A DNA stretch of 64,000 nt from Picochlorum sp. SENEW3 (taxonomy: Eukaryota). Positions 63,963-64,000 of this stretch are shown here, in pieces. The first letter of the stretch is position 1. Each line of letters begins with the position of its first letter. The DNA is taken from positions 682,001-746,000 of the forward strand of contig CP120460.1 of assembly GCA_034226945.1 (NCBI GenBank), given 5' to 3'. Position numbers and translations under genes: made by a program. The notes below the pieces were generated by a model that worked only from the letters and a program-made list of their open reading frames with translations, ran no database searches and was not told the DNA's origin.

Positions 63963-64000
63963 TCAAAACGAAACAATTTTCATTACAAAATACTGTACAA

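Noticed and set aside
1..64000. CRISPR arrays, tRNA/rRNA genes, viral or prokaryotic operon-like inserts
   Set aside because: None seen by eye; the spliceosomal introns and gene content are uniformly eukaryotic.

Overview
Gene-dense eukaryotic nuclear DNA, almost certainly a compact green microalga (Trebouxiophyceae, Picochlorum-like by inference). Support: plastid genes (ZEP, FKBP17, bestrophin, ESV1/LESV), few GT-AG introns mostly ~70 nt, and very short intergenic spacers. About 29 protein-coding genes, mostly housekeeping (AFG2/SPATA5, RPP30, PEX6, TOUSLED, ArfGAP, NUP160, V-ATPase D, ATM1, MetRS, ECA3). Main observations: (1) four genes share a Cys-rich PAN/apple-like ectodomain in four topologies: secreted, single-pass with a short tail, non-RD receptor kinase and putative GPI-anchored. 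Three of them lie within ~9 kb around a bacterial-type secreted DUF1254/DUF1214 gene, a candidate algal surface-receptor module. (2) A head-to-head VTC1-like/SPX-VTC pair has a perfect 13-bp inverted repeat at the centre of its spacer, and the VTC active site looks degenerate. (3) A 1.6-kb pogo/Tc1-mariner element with perfect 20-bp TIRs and a TA TSD sits between two convergent genes. All family assignments come from motif recognition by eye; no searches were run.
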